A DNA stretch of 27,527 bases, from positions 1 through 27,527 of the forward strand of contig JBBIIG010000055.1 of the NCBI GenBank assembly GCA_037446635.1, written 5' to 3'. The position numbers were made by a program, and so were the translations under genes. This DNA comes from a bacterium. GTDB lineage: Bacteria; Zhuqueibacterota; Zhuqueibacteria; Oceanimicrobiales; Oceanimicrobiaceae. Shown here one piece after another: positions 7,923 to 16,979 of this stretch. The notes below the pieces were generated by a model, which had not been told where the DNA came from, searched no databases, and saw only the letters and a program-made list of their open reading frames with translations. The first letter of the stretch is position 1, and every line of letters starts with the position of its first letter.

Positions 7923-9416
7923 GATCGATCCTCCTTCAATAAGGTTGAGCTTTTGCAAAAACAGCAAAAAAAGATTCCATTTTAGAGTGTCGGCCATCAA
8001 GGCATAGTCCGGATTATTTGATTTCGAGATTTGATAAAGCGCGTAGCTTTCGAAATGATGCACGCAAGCCAATTGCTTGTAGAAATTGTAAAGCTGCTCC
8101 TTTTGCACGGGCAGCCCGCTAAAAATGCAGGCGTAGAGTTGTAATATTTTTTTGTACTCCTGCAAATCCGCGCCGCGCTTGCGCAGGGGAATCAAACGGT
8201 AAATCTGATCCAAGTCGAAAACGATGTTGTCGGGGATCTCGAGTTTTTTTCTGCTGGTGTCGATGTCGTTCGTGAGTTCTGTAATTTTCATGATCCGTGA
8301 GGGCGGCACGTCTTTGATGAGAGCCAGAACTTTGAACGCTGATTGTGCCTTGCGAAAGAAGAGAAAATTCCAGATAAAGCCGTTTTGCTTGAACACGTCC
8401 ATGTGCTCAATGCGATCTTTGGTTTCTCGCTCGGCTTCGCGCAACGACGCAATATTTTTGACTTCATTGAATTCCCGGGTAATCGCCTGCAAATAGCGAA
8501 ACAGGCGAATGGCCTCCATTTCCCTCCAGATCATTTGCGGCAGCACATACATCTCAAAGCCGCCGAGCCGGGTGCGCAAATGCTGGTCAATCCACTTCTC
8601 CGCAATGATGATGTTTTGATAACAGGATTTGCAGGCGGTGACCGCTTTGTAGTAGTTTTTCTGGTCGAAATGAGAAGCAAAATTGACTTTGTCCGTCATG
8701 TAAAATTTCATGGCAAAGCGCGTGGTGTCCTGCGAGACCTCGGTCTCGGTTCCGCAGATGGAACAGGTGCTGGAGAAACCTCCATCGAAGGCGCTTTCCG
8801 AATTTTTTTGCCAAAGAAAGCGTTGATAGTCCGGATGGCCGGCCACTGGTCCGCCATTTACACAAACGGTATAAATCGTTTCTTTGGCCGGCGCTGTGGT
8901 TTTCTCTTCGATCACCCTTGCCAGTTCTTTTGCATACTCGCCAATGGCATCTTTCAGCTTTTCCGGCTTTTTCTCGAAGTCCACAGACGCATCGGGAATA
9001 AATTTGTTGTTCAAGATAAAAGCGGATTTTTTCCCGCCTTTTTCCTGAATTTCCATGAAAAAGCGATCACGAACTTTTTGCAGCAGCTTCTTCAATTCGG
9101 AATCTTCCGGCAGAAAGTCGGCCAGGTTTGGTAGCGTCTGCGAGATAAGATAGCTCAGATTATTGCTGGTAGGGGAAAACTGCGGTCGATTGCCTCTTTC
9201 CGAAGCCACAAACAGAAATTCTTGCAGCTTTTGTTTGGACAGGCCGCTTTCGCCGCCTTCCGCCAGCAGGTTGAAGGCCAGCGATTTTTGGGCCAGATCA
9301 AAATTGATCCCGACAATGTAACGCTGCTTCGCTGTTTCCGGAATAAGGAAATCCAGCAAATCGCCTTGCGCATTGCCGGAGACGATTTTTCCAATATCTG
9401 CTATAACGTTGAGCAT
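7470..9416 (-). CDS. cas8b: Type I-B large subunit Cas8b (Csh1/TM1802-like)
   Basis: 648 aa directly upstream of cas7/Csh2, with Zn finger CSICG...CKSC, KFYMTDK motif and helical C-terminal domain. RBS GAGGAG upstream. Confidence 0.9.
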   Translation of the reverse strand: MLNVIADIGKIVSGNAQGDLLDFLIPETAKQRYIVGINFDLAQKSLAFNLLAEGGESGLSKQKLQEFLFVASERGNRPQFSPTSNNLSYLISQTLPNLADFLPEDSELKKLLQKVRDRFFMEIQEKGGKKSAFILNNKFIPDASVDFEKKPEKLKDAIGEYAKELARVIEEKTTAPAKETIYTVCVNGGPVAGHPDYQRFLWQKNSESAFDGGFSSTCSICGTETEVSQDTTRFAMKFYMTDKVNFASHFDQKNYYKAVTACKSCYQNIIIAEKWIDQHLRTRLGGFEMYVLPQMIWREMEAIRLFRYLQAITREFNEVKNIASLREAERETKDRIEHMDVFKQNGFIWNFLFFRKAQSAFKVLALIKDVPPSRIMKITELTNDIDTSRKKLEIPDNIVFDLDQIYRLIPLRKRGADLQEYKKILQLYACIFSGLPVQKEQLYNFYKQLACVHHFESYALYQISKSNNPDYALMADTLKWNLFLLFLQKLNLIEGGSIMTTNEFDAYFPDGAKEAFAELGYNAAQQGLALLGYVIGVIAYAQYKEGLENKPVLEKINYQGMSEEKVVRLFNDAFEKIRQYRKNKTVNYAERWLALAKKLYETGAHKELTADERVFYLLSGYSMNLLRTKPSARATETEEVESMEEDVA

Positions 9417-9532
9417 TTCATACTCCTCTCGTAGGTCGCGCTTCAGTTACCCATCCATCCACAAATTGGCATATTTTACAAACCGAAATGTACCCAATCA
9501 GTACTCCCTTTTCTACATTGACAACCTTGCTA

Positions 9533-9565
9533 AATATACCTCCCACCCCTGACATCTACGGTCAG
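9533..9565 (-). promoter_or_regulatory. Putative WYL operator and cas operon promoter: CTGAC-N7-GTCAG palindrome (9549-9565), TGTCAG-N10-TATATT
   Basis: Minus strand reads CTGACCGTAGATGTCAG GGGTGGGAGG TATATT. No -35 consensus at 17 bp (CCGTAG). Confidence 0.65.
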
Positions 9566-9576
9566 TCCTTTTCACT

Positions 9577-10491
9577 CTACGTCTCATATTTTTGCAGCGC
9601 CGCTTGCAACATCGCCACCGCCTGTTCTCGCAGCGCCGCCGGCTCCAAAATCTCCGCGTCGCCGCCAAAGCCCAAAATCCAGCGCAGCCAAAGAATCTCC
9701 CCTTTGATGGTGGTATCCAAAATCAGGGAGCCATTTTCTTCATGGAGGTCTTTGGGAGAGAAGCGGCCATCTTTTTTCACAATCTCTTTGGCGAGGCCAG
9801 TGAAGCGCACACGCAGACCGATCGGGTCGCCCACCACCGCACCGAGGGTGCCGCGAAAATATTCGGGTGCATCGAAGGCCCGCGGTGTGAAGGTTGCCTT
9901 CTCGACGCGCAACTTGTCGATGCGATCGAGGCGATAGACGCGATGGTCGCCACGCTGGGGGTTCCACGCCACCAGATACCAGGCACGCTCGCGGAAGTAG
10001 AGCAGATACGGCTCCACCGTGACGCCGCTCACCACCTCATCTTCCAACTTGCGATATTTGAGAAACGTGATCAGTTGGTGTCCCTCGATAGCCTTCTGTA
10101 AGCGTTCAAAAATATTCCCTTTGAGACGTGGCGCCGGCGGTACTTCCAACGCAATGGCCGGACTATCCACTGGCTGTTCCAGCAATTTATTGAGTAACCC
10201 GGTTACCAGTTCTTTCAGTTGCTTGTCCATTTGCAGCGGTAGGTTTTTCAGGGCGAGGGTGAGAACAACTTGTTCACTGTGAGTTAAATTGAGCTGTGGC
10301 AGCGGATTCTTATCAAGCACGCGATAGCCGTTCTCTGCGACGATGGCCACTCCCAACTCTCCGAGGGCTTGCAAATCGCGGTAGATCGTGCGCTCGGTGA
10401 CGCCGCACATCTTTGCCAGTCGCGGCGCCGTCATCATTCGCTTGCGGCTGCACAGCGACATTATTTTCAAAATGCGAATGGACTTTTGCAT
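9577..10491 (-). CDS. HTH-WYL-WCX transcriptional regulator (YafY/PafC/DriD family)
   Basis: HTH LAKMCGVTERTIYRDLQAL; WYL domain VEPYLL...AWYLVAW...HRVYRLDRI; WCX WILGFGGDAEILEPAALRE. Confidence 0.95.
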   Translation of the reverse strand: MQKSIRILKIMSLCSRKRMMTAPRLAKMCGVTERTIYRDLQALGELGVAIVAENGYRVLDKNPLPQLNLTHSEQVVLTLALKNLPLQMDKQLKELVTGLLNKLLEQPVDSPAIALEVPPAPRLKGNIFERLQKAIEGHQLITFLKYRKLEDEVVSGVTVEPYLLYFRERAWYLVAWNPQRGDHRVYRLDRIDKLRVEKATFTPRAFDAPEYFRGTLGAVVGDPIGLRVRFTGLAKEIVKKDGRFSPKDLHEENGSLILDTTIKGEILWLRWILGFGGDAEILEPAALREQAVAMLQAALQKYET

Positions 10492-10653
10492 CTTGGCACG
10501 CGTCTAAGCAGAGAATGATGTTGTAAGCGGCTATCGAATTCGGACGCGGATACAACTATGAAGGAGGAGTCAGTAGCCGCACCTGATTTTGAGGAGTTTT
10601 ATTCAGCCCATCTTTCAGGGCAAAGGGCATAACACGATGATTGTTCTAACTGT

Positions 10654-10683
10654 AAGATATACGACCAAAGGGAGGAACTGCAA
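10654..10683 (-). promoter_or_regulatory. Possible promoter of WYL gene (TTGCAG-N18-TATCTT)
   Basis: Near-consensus hexamers just downstream of tRNA-Pro; spacing is suboptimal. Confidence 0.35.
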
Positions 10684-10723
10684 AAATAATTTCTTTGAGA
10701 ATTCAACTCGGTTTATTATTTTA

Positions 10724-10799
<76 letters not shown>

Positions 10800-10809
10800 A
10801 TAACTCTTT

Positions 10810-11160
10810 TTAGTGCTCGTTTAAAATGTCCAATACTTCAGTTAAATCCTTTCTCATTTGATTCATAATATTTTCGCGCTCGAACGAAAAGTCGAGTTGC
10901 TCAACATCTTGAAGGTTTATTTTTTTAAGTTTTTGGCGCGCGCCTTCGATGGTGTACTTGTCTGTGTACAGCAACTTTTTGATTAAATTTATGACCCGAA
11001 TGTCTCGAGCACGATAGATACGATTTCCCGCGCGATTCTTTGACGGCTTAAGCTGCTCGAACTCGGTTTCCCAATAACGCAAGACATAGGGCTTTAAAGA
11101 TGTGATTTTGCTTACTTCACTGATGGAATAATAAAGCTTTTTTATGTTAAAGTCTTTCAT
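10810..11160 (-). CDS. MerR-family HTH regulator (MlrA-like, the type often found next to ihfA)
   Basis: KLYYSISEVSKITSLKPYVLRYWETEF...NRAGNRIYR...LLYTDKYTIEGAR. Confidence 0.92.
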   Translation of the reverse strand: MKDFNIKKLYYSISEVSKITSLKPYVLRYWETEFEQLKPSKNRAGNRIYRARDIRVINLIKKLLYTDKYTIEGARQKLKKINLQDVEQLDFSFERENIMNQMRKDLTEVLDILNEH

Positions 11161-11216
11161 AGCGCGCTGGACTAAAATAAATCACCAGGCTTTATTAAGC
11201 AAGCAATTTCTTCAGA

Positions 11217-12332
11217 CTAATTTAAAACCTCCTCAATTGGAACATAAGTGAGGTTAAAAGCGTCGGCCACGCCTTTATGGGTTACTTTTCCGTACGCAAT
11301 GTTGACACCCTTAGCAATGTCCTTATTGAGCTTAGCTACCTTTGGGAAGCCGTGGTTAGCAATTTTAAGCGTATATGGCAGCGTGGCGTTGTTCAATGCA
11401 ATCGTCGAAGTCATCGGTACTCCGCCGGGCATGTTGGCCACACCGTAATGAATTACCCCTGCAATTTCGTAAATGGGATTTTCATGAGTTGTCGGATGAA
11501 TCGTTTCGACGCATCCACCCTGATCGACTGCCACGTCCACAATGACTGAGCCTTTCTTCATCAGGCTAATCATGTCCTTCGTCACCAGTTTGGGTGCTTT
11601 GGCGCCTGGTATTAAAACCGCGCCCACGAGCAGGTCAGCTGTGGAAATTGCCCGGCGAATGTTCCAGGGATTGGAGACAACGGTCACCACGTTTTTCGGC
11701 ATCACGTCATCGAGATAACGCAGCCGCTCGAGATTGACGTCGAGAATGGTGACGCGGGCACCGAGTCCAGCGGCGATTTTTGCGGCGTTGGTACCGACTA
11801 CGCCGCCGCCAAGTATCACAACACTCGCCGGCTCGACGCCCGGCACCCCACCCAACAGAATGCCTTTGCCCCCGTGCAATTTCTCCAAATAGCGGGCGCC
11901 CTCTTGAATCGCCATGCGGCCAGCAACCTCGCTCATGGGAACCAGCAGCGGCAACATGCCATTTTCATCTTGCACCGTTTCGTAGGCAATGGCCACACAC
12001 TTGGACTCGATGATTGCCATCGTCAATTCCTGAGAGGCGGCGAAATGAAAATAGGTAAACACGATTTGTCCTTCGCGAATTAACTTGTATTCGCTGGGCA
12101 GCGGTTCTTTGACTTTTACGATCATATCCGCTTTTTCAAAAATCTCCGCGGGCTCGGAAACGATTTCACCGCCAGCCATCTTGTAAACGTCATCGCTAAA
12201 GCCGCTACCAATCCCCGCGTTTTTTTCGACATAAACGGTGTGACCGTGGCTTCGCAATAGCTCCACGCTCGACGGCATTAACGCAACCCGATTTTCATTA
12301 GTCTTAATTTCTTTTGGGACGCCGATTCTCAT
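11217..12332 (-). CDS. ald: Alanine dehydrogenase
   Basis: [51 protein letters not shown]. Confidence 0.97.
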   Translation of the reverse strand: MRIGVPKEIKTNENRVALMPSSVELLRSHGHTVYVEKNAGIGSGFSDDVYKMAGGEIVSEPAEIFEKADMIVKVKEPLPSEYKLIREGQIVFTYFHFAASQELTMAIIESKCVAIAYETVQDENGMLPLLVPMSEVAGRMAIQEGARYLEKLHGGKGILLGGVPGVEPASVVILGGGVVGTNAAKIAAGLGARVTILDVNLERLRYLDDVMPKNVVTVVSNPWNIRRAISTADLLVGAVLIPGAKAPKLVTKDMISLMKKGSVIVDVAVDQGGCVETIHPTTHENPIYEIAGVIHYGVANMPGGVPMTSTIALNNATLPYTLKIANHGFPKVAKLNKDIAKGVNIAYGKVTHKGVADAFNLTYVPIEEVLN

Positions 12333-13585
12333 AAGTCGTTCCCTTTCTGATTAAGTCCATTCGCATTTGGTTTGAGGATAGTGGTGAATATTCTTCTTTG
12401 GTCAAATAATTCTCTCGCCGTTTCTAACACCTGCTGCTGCGTGACGCTTTCGATGGCTTGCAAGGTTTCATCGAGGCCGAAATTCTTTTGTAAATAAATC
12501 TCCATTTTCGCCAGGCGATTCATGCGGCTGGAGGTGCTTTCCAAACCCAACATCAGGTTGCCTTTGAGCTGCGATTTCGTACGAGTCAACTCCTCCTGCG
12601 ATACCGGCTCGTTTGTCAGATTTTCAAGCTCCTTGGTAATCAATTCAATGCAATCGTCGATCTTGTTTTGATCGGTTCCAATGTAAACGCCGAACATCCC
12701 GGTGTCGGACATAAAATCAACGAACGAATACACCGAATAGGCCAGGCCATAGCGTTCGCGAATATTTTGAAACAGCCGCGAGCTCATTCCAGAGCCCAAT
12801 AGAGTATTGAGCACCAGCAACGGGAACCGTTTTTCACTGGCGTACGAATACGACTGCGTTCCCAGGCAAATATGCGCCTGAATGGCGCCATTTTCGATGA
12901 TGTTTTTTCCGAAGCGCGTTGCGACGGTGGGGCGATGCTCACGAGGAACCCCGCCGGAGTTAAGCCCGTCAACTTTTTCCGCAACCAGCTTCACCAACTG
13001 TTCGTGCGTCATGCTGCCCGCCGCGGCAACCACTATTCTTTCGGGTGTATAATTGTTTTTGATAAATTCAAGCAGTTGTGTGCGGTTGAAGTTTTGAATG
13101 TTCTCGCGCTTGCCGATAGTCGAATATCCCAGGGGGTGGTTCGAGAACAAATCCGCGGCGAACAACTCGTGAATGAGATCCTCCGGTGTTTCTTCGAGAG
13201 CTTTCAATTCTTCAAGAACCACCTGTTTCTCTTTTTCGATTTCATTTTCATCCAGCAGCGAATTTTTTAGAATATCGGAAATGACATCCACTGCGATGGG
13301 CAAATGCTCGTCCAAAACATGGGCGTAGTAGCAGGTTAGCTCTTTGCCGGTAAAGGCATTGAGGTGCCCCCCTACCGACTCAAGGCTTTCGGCGATCTCA
13401 AACGCATTTCTATTTTTCGTCCCTTTGAACATCATGTGTTCAATAAAATGGGAAATGCCGTTGTTGGCAGCGATTTCGTTTCTGGAACCGACTGTCAGCC
13501 AATAGCCAATAGAGACAGAACGAACGTGTGGAATCGTTTCCGTGACGATTCGTATGCCGTTTTTTAATTGCGAACGTTTGAACAT
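12329..13585 (-). CDS. M16 family zinc metallopeptidase
   Basis: HFIEHMMFKGT inverted zinc motif; GMSSRLFQNIRERYGLAYSV; common position after pnp. Confidence 0.95.
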   Translation of the reverse strand: MFKRSQLKNGIRIVTETIPHVRSVSIGYWLTVGSRNEIAANNGISHFIEHMMFKGTKNRNAFEIAESLESVGGHLNAFTGKELTCYYAHVLDEHLPIAVDVISDILKNSLLDENEIEKEKQVVLEELKALEETPEDLIHELFAADLFSNHPLGYSTIGKRENIQNFNRTQLLEFIKNNYTPERIVVAAAGSMTHEQLVKLVAEKVDGLNSGGVPREHRPTVATRFGKNIIENGAIQAHICLGTQSYSYASEKRFPLLVLNTLLGSGMSSRLFQNIRERYGLAYSVYSFVDFMSDTGMFGVYIGTDQNKIDDCIELITKELENLTNEPVSQEELTRTKSQLKGNLMLGLESTSSRMNRLAKMEIYLQKNFGLDETLQAIESVTQQQVLETARELFDQRRIFTTILKPNANGLNQKGNDL

Positions 13586-13590
13586 CGAAT

Positions 13591-15681
13591 TTATTTTTTG
13601 TCTTTTTCCAACAGCGCCTTTCGGCTCAACTCATACCTGCCGTTGGCTTCGACACTTAGCAGTTTAACTTCGATTTCATCACCAACTTTCAGCACGTCTT
13701 CAACGCGATTGATGCGCTGGTGCGAGATCGCCGAAATATGTAGCAAACCTTCTTTGCCCGGCAATATTTCAACGAACGCGCCAAAGTTGGTTATCTTCTT
13801 CACTTTGCCGCGATAAATTTTGCCAGCCTCCGGCTCTTCAACCAACGCCATGATCATGGCGCGGGCTTTTTCTGCTTTGTCGGATTCAACGGAGGCGATG
13901 GTCACCGTGCCGTCGTCATCGATGTTGATGGTGGCGCCGGTTTTTTCGGTAATCTCGCGAATGGTTTTGCCGCCCGGGCCGATGACGGTTCCAATCTGGT
14001 CAACGTTGACTTTGAACGACGTAATGCGGGGCGCATACTGCGATATCGTTTCGCGCGGCCTGTCTAATGTTTGATTCATCACATCCAAAATTTTCAAACG
14101 CGCGGCTTTGGCTTTGGCTAAGGCTTCGCCAAGAACATCCGCAGAAATGCCTTTGATTTTAATATCCATTTGAAATCCGGTGATGCCGTCTTTGGAGCCA
14201 GCGACTTTGAAATCCATGTCACCCAAATGATCCTCATCGCCAAGAATATCGGTGAGAATGAGGAACTGGTCGTCTTCTTTGATCAACCCCATGGCAATGC
14301 CGGCGATGGGGGTTTTGAGGGGCACGCCGGCGTCCATTAGCGCCAACGAGCCGGCGCAGACGGTGGCCATCGACGACGAGCCGTTGGATTCCAAAATATC
14401 AGAAACGATGCGCACGGTGTAGGGGAACACCGTGTCCGACGGCATCGCTGGTTTGATCGAGCGCTCCGCCAGGTTGCCGTGGCCAATTTCTCGTCGGCTC
14501 GGCCCACGAAACGGTTTAATCTCACCGGTCGAAAACGAGGGGAAATTGTAGTGCAGCATGTAGCTTTTCCAAAATTCGCCCTCGAGCTCATCCATTTTTT
14601 GTTCGTCCATTTTGGTGCCGAGAGTGGTGGTCGCCAACGCCTGTGTTTGGCCGCGGGTGAAGAGCGCCGAACCATGGACCCGCGGCAGCACCCCCACCTC
14701 GCAGGTTATGGGGCGAATTTCGTCGAGGCCGCGGCCATCGATGCGCTTGCTCTCCTTTACAATCCGCTGTCGAACGATTTGCTTTTCCATTTCAGCGATG
14801 ATTTCTTTGATGGCGCGTTCCGATTCCGGATACGGCTCCGCGAGCTGCTCGACGACGCCGGCTGTCAATTCCTTCAAAGCCAGATTGCGTTCCTTTTTTT
14901 CAACAATCAGGAGAATCTCTCCGAGCCGCGAACCCACCAGTTCTTTGACCTTTTGCTGCAGCCCTTCCGGCAGCGGCGGCGCCACAAATTCCGCTTTGGG
15001 GCCTTTGCCAATTTTGCTCAAAAGCTGGCTCTGCATTCTAATTAAATGGCGGATGTTTTCGTGGCCGAATTTCAGCGCCGCCAGCATGTCGTCTTCGCTG
15101 ATTTCGCGCGCCTCCCCCTCCACCATCACGATGGAATCCTGGCTGGCTGCCATCACCAATTCGATGTCGCTCATTTGAATCTCGTTAAACGTGGGATTAA
15201 AAATCAACTGGCCATTTACCCGGCCCACTCTTCCGCCCGCAATCAATTCCGTAAACGGGATGTCCGAGAGCGCCAGCGCCATCGATGCGCCGGTGATTCC
15301 AAGTACGTCCGGATCGTTTTGCTTATCGGCCGACAGCACCCAAACCTGCACCTGCACTTCATTGCTGTAACCGTCCGGGAAAAGCGGACGAATGGCGCGG
15401 TCGATCAGCCGCGCGCTCAAGATTTCGTTTTCGCTGGGCCGGCCCTCGCGCTTAAAAAAGCCGCCGGGAATTTTGCCCGCAGAATAAGCTTTTTCTCGAT
15501 AATCAACTGTTAATGGAAAAAAGTCCGCCTCCTCCGCCGGCTCATCGGCGCCAACTACTGTGACCAGCACGAGCGTGTCCCCCAGCCGCATGAGCGCCGA
15601 TCCACCTGCTTGCTTGGCCAAACGGCCGGTTTCAATTGCGTACTTCTTCCCCGCGATTTCCAATTCTTCCAAGTGCATCAT
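13591..15681 (-). CDS. pnp: Polyribonucleotide nucleotidyltransferase (PNPase)
   Basis: ETGRLAKQA, FFPLTVDY, RREIGHG, SNGSSSMA, DMDFKVAG, KH and S1 domains. Confidence 0.98.
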   Translation of the reverse strand: MMHLEELEIAGKKYAIETGRLAKQAGGSALMRLGDTLVLVTVVGADEPAEEADFFPLTVDYREKAYSAGKIPGGFFKREGRPSENEILSARLIDRAIRPLFPDGYSNEVQVQVWVLSADKQNDPDVLGITGASMALALSDIPFTELIAGGRVGRVNGQLIFNPTFNEIQMSDIELVMAASQDSIVMVEGEAREISEDDMLAALKFGHENIRHLIRMQSQLLSKIGKGPKAEFVAPPLPEGLQQKVKELVGSRLGEILLIVEKKERNLALKELTAGVVEQLAEPYPESERAIKEIIAEMEKQIVRQRIVKESKRIDGRGLDEIRPITCEVGVLPRVHGSALFTRGQTQALATTTLGTKMDEQKMDELEGEFWKSYMLHYNFPSFSTGEIKPFRGPSRREIGHGNLAERSIKPAMPSDTVFPYTVRIVSDILESNGSSSMATVCAGSLALMDAGVPLKTPIAGIAMGLIKEDDQFLILTDILGDEDHLGDMDFKVAGSKDGITGFQMDIKIKGISADVLGEALAKAKAARLKILDVMNQTLDRPRETISQYAPRITSFKVNVDQIGTVIGPGGKTIREITEKTGATINIDDDGTVTIASVESDKAEKARAMIMALVEEPEAGKIYRGKVKKITNFGAFVEILPGKEGLLHISAISHQRINRVEDVLKVGDEIEVKLLSVEANGRYELSRKALLEKDKK

Positions 15682-15748
15682 TACGACACAAACTCCTATG
15701 TTAAAATGTTCGATTTCACTGCGCTGCGAAAATTATTTGCTTCATCCC

Positions 15749-16018
15749 CTAACGGCGAATTCCGAGGTCCGCGATGATTTTACGGTAGCGCTCGATATCC
15801 TTTTTCGCTAAATAATCGAGAAGCCGCCGGCGTTGGCCAACCATCTTCAACAAACCCCGCCGGGAGTGGTGATCTTTTTTGTGCAGTTCGAAATGCGGCG
15901 TCAACTCATTGATGCGCTGCGTCAACAACGCAATCTGCACTTCGGTGGCGCCGGTATCGGTTTCGCTTTTGCCGAATTTTTTGGTGAGTTCCTTTTTCAC
16001 TTCTTTTGTGAGTGGCAT
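15749..16018 (-). CDS. rpsO: 30S ribosomal protein S15
   Basis: [13 protein letters not shown]...[25 protein letters not shown]. Confidence 0.98.
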   Translation of the reverse strand: MPLTKEVKKELTKKFGKSETDTGATEVQIALLTQRINELTPHFELHKKDHHSRRGLLKMVGQRRRLLDYLAKKDIERYRKIIADLGIRR

Positions 16019-16044
16019 TCCGACTCCTTCTTTACTAAGTTAAA

Positions 16045-16971
16045 TTAGAGAATATTTAAACTAATTATTTTATCTTGCTCCAGTTGTTTGATCAAATCGG
16101 ACGCCCCCCCAAAGCGCCGCTCGTCGCGGATTTTTTCAACAAACTCCACGGTGAGCTTTTGATCATAAATCGTTTCGTCGAAGTCAAACAAATGCACTTC
16201 GAGAGTGTGGCGCGGCGCAGCAAACGTCGGCCGCACGCCAATGTTCATCATGCCCTTGAGTTTATTTCCCCGCCAGTGCGCATAAACGGCATAGACGCCG
16301 TCGCCGGGAACCAGCTTGTCCTCCGAATCCAACTGCAGATTCGCAGTTGGAAATTGCAGCTCCTTGCCGCGGCCGTCGCCCTTGATAACCGTTGTGGTCA
16401 ACGTGTAGTTGCGCTTAAGAAATTCGCCGGCCAATTTTACCTCGCCGGCCCGTAGTAAATTTCGAATGTGGGTGCTGCTGAGCGCCGTCCCGTCGATGGC
16501 AAACACCGGTAACTCATCGACACGAAAACCCATCTCGGAAGCCAGGGCGCGCAGGGTTGCAATGTCCCCCTCGCGATTTTTTCCAAAAGCGTGATCGTGG
16601 CCAATCACTATTTCCTGAAAGCCGATGGTTTCAAAAAGTATCTTTGCGACAAAATCGCGGGACGAGGTTTCGGCAAATTCGCGCGTGAACTCAATGACGA
16701 CGACGCGGTCGATCGCAAGCTGTTGCAGGATCGTCAGCTTTTCATCGATGGTGGTTAAAATTTTCAAATCGGGTTTGCGCGGCGATTTCAGCACCAACTG
16801 CGGATGCGGCTCGAACGTCACCACCGTCGTGCGCAGCCCTCTCTCCCCTGCCCTTTTTTTAAGTTCGGCGATAATAAATTGATGGCCGCGGTGGACGCCG
16901 TCAAAAGCGCCGACGGTCAAAACACACTCAGCATCTTTGCGAACACTTTTGAGATCCCGAAATACTTCCAT
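16045..16971 (-). CDS. ribF: Bifunctional riboflavin kinase/FAD synthetase
   Basis: GAFDGVHRGH, SSTHIR, GDGRG, FPTAN, NIGVRPT, EVHLFDF. Confidence 0.97.
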   Translation of the reverse strand: MEVFRDLKSVRKDAECVLTVGAFDGVHRGHQFIIAELKKRAGERGLRTTVVTFEPHPQLVLKSPRKPDLKILTTIDEKLTILQQLAIDRVVVIEFTREFAETSSRDFVAKILFETIGFQEIVIGHDHAFGKNREGDIATLRALASEMGFRVDELPVFAIDGTALSSTHIRNLLRAGEVKLAGEFLKRNYTLTTTVIKGDGRGKELQFPTANLQLDSEDKLVPGDGVYAVYAHWRGNKLKGMMNIGVRPTFAAPRHTLEVHLFDFDETIYDQKLTVEFVEKIRDERRFGGASDLIKQLEQDKIISLNIL

Positions 16972-16979
16972 CTAAATTT

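Noticed and set aside
9440..9476. AACTGAAGC resembling a repeat 3' handle upstream of cas8b
   Set aside because: Similarity is limited to about 8 nt, with no second pseudo-repeat or spacer.
9490..9504. GTAC-N7-GTAC as a second operator
   Set aside because: Only 4-bp units, so it is likely chance.
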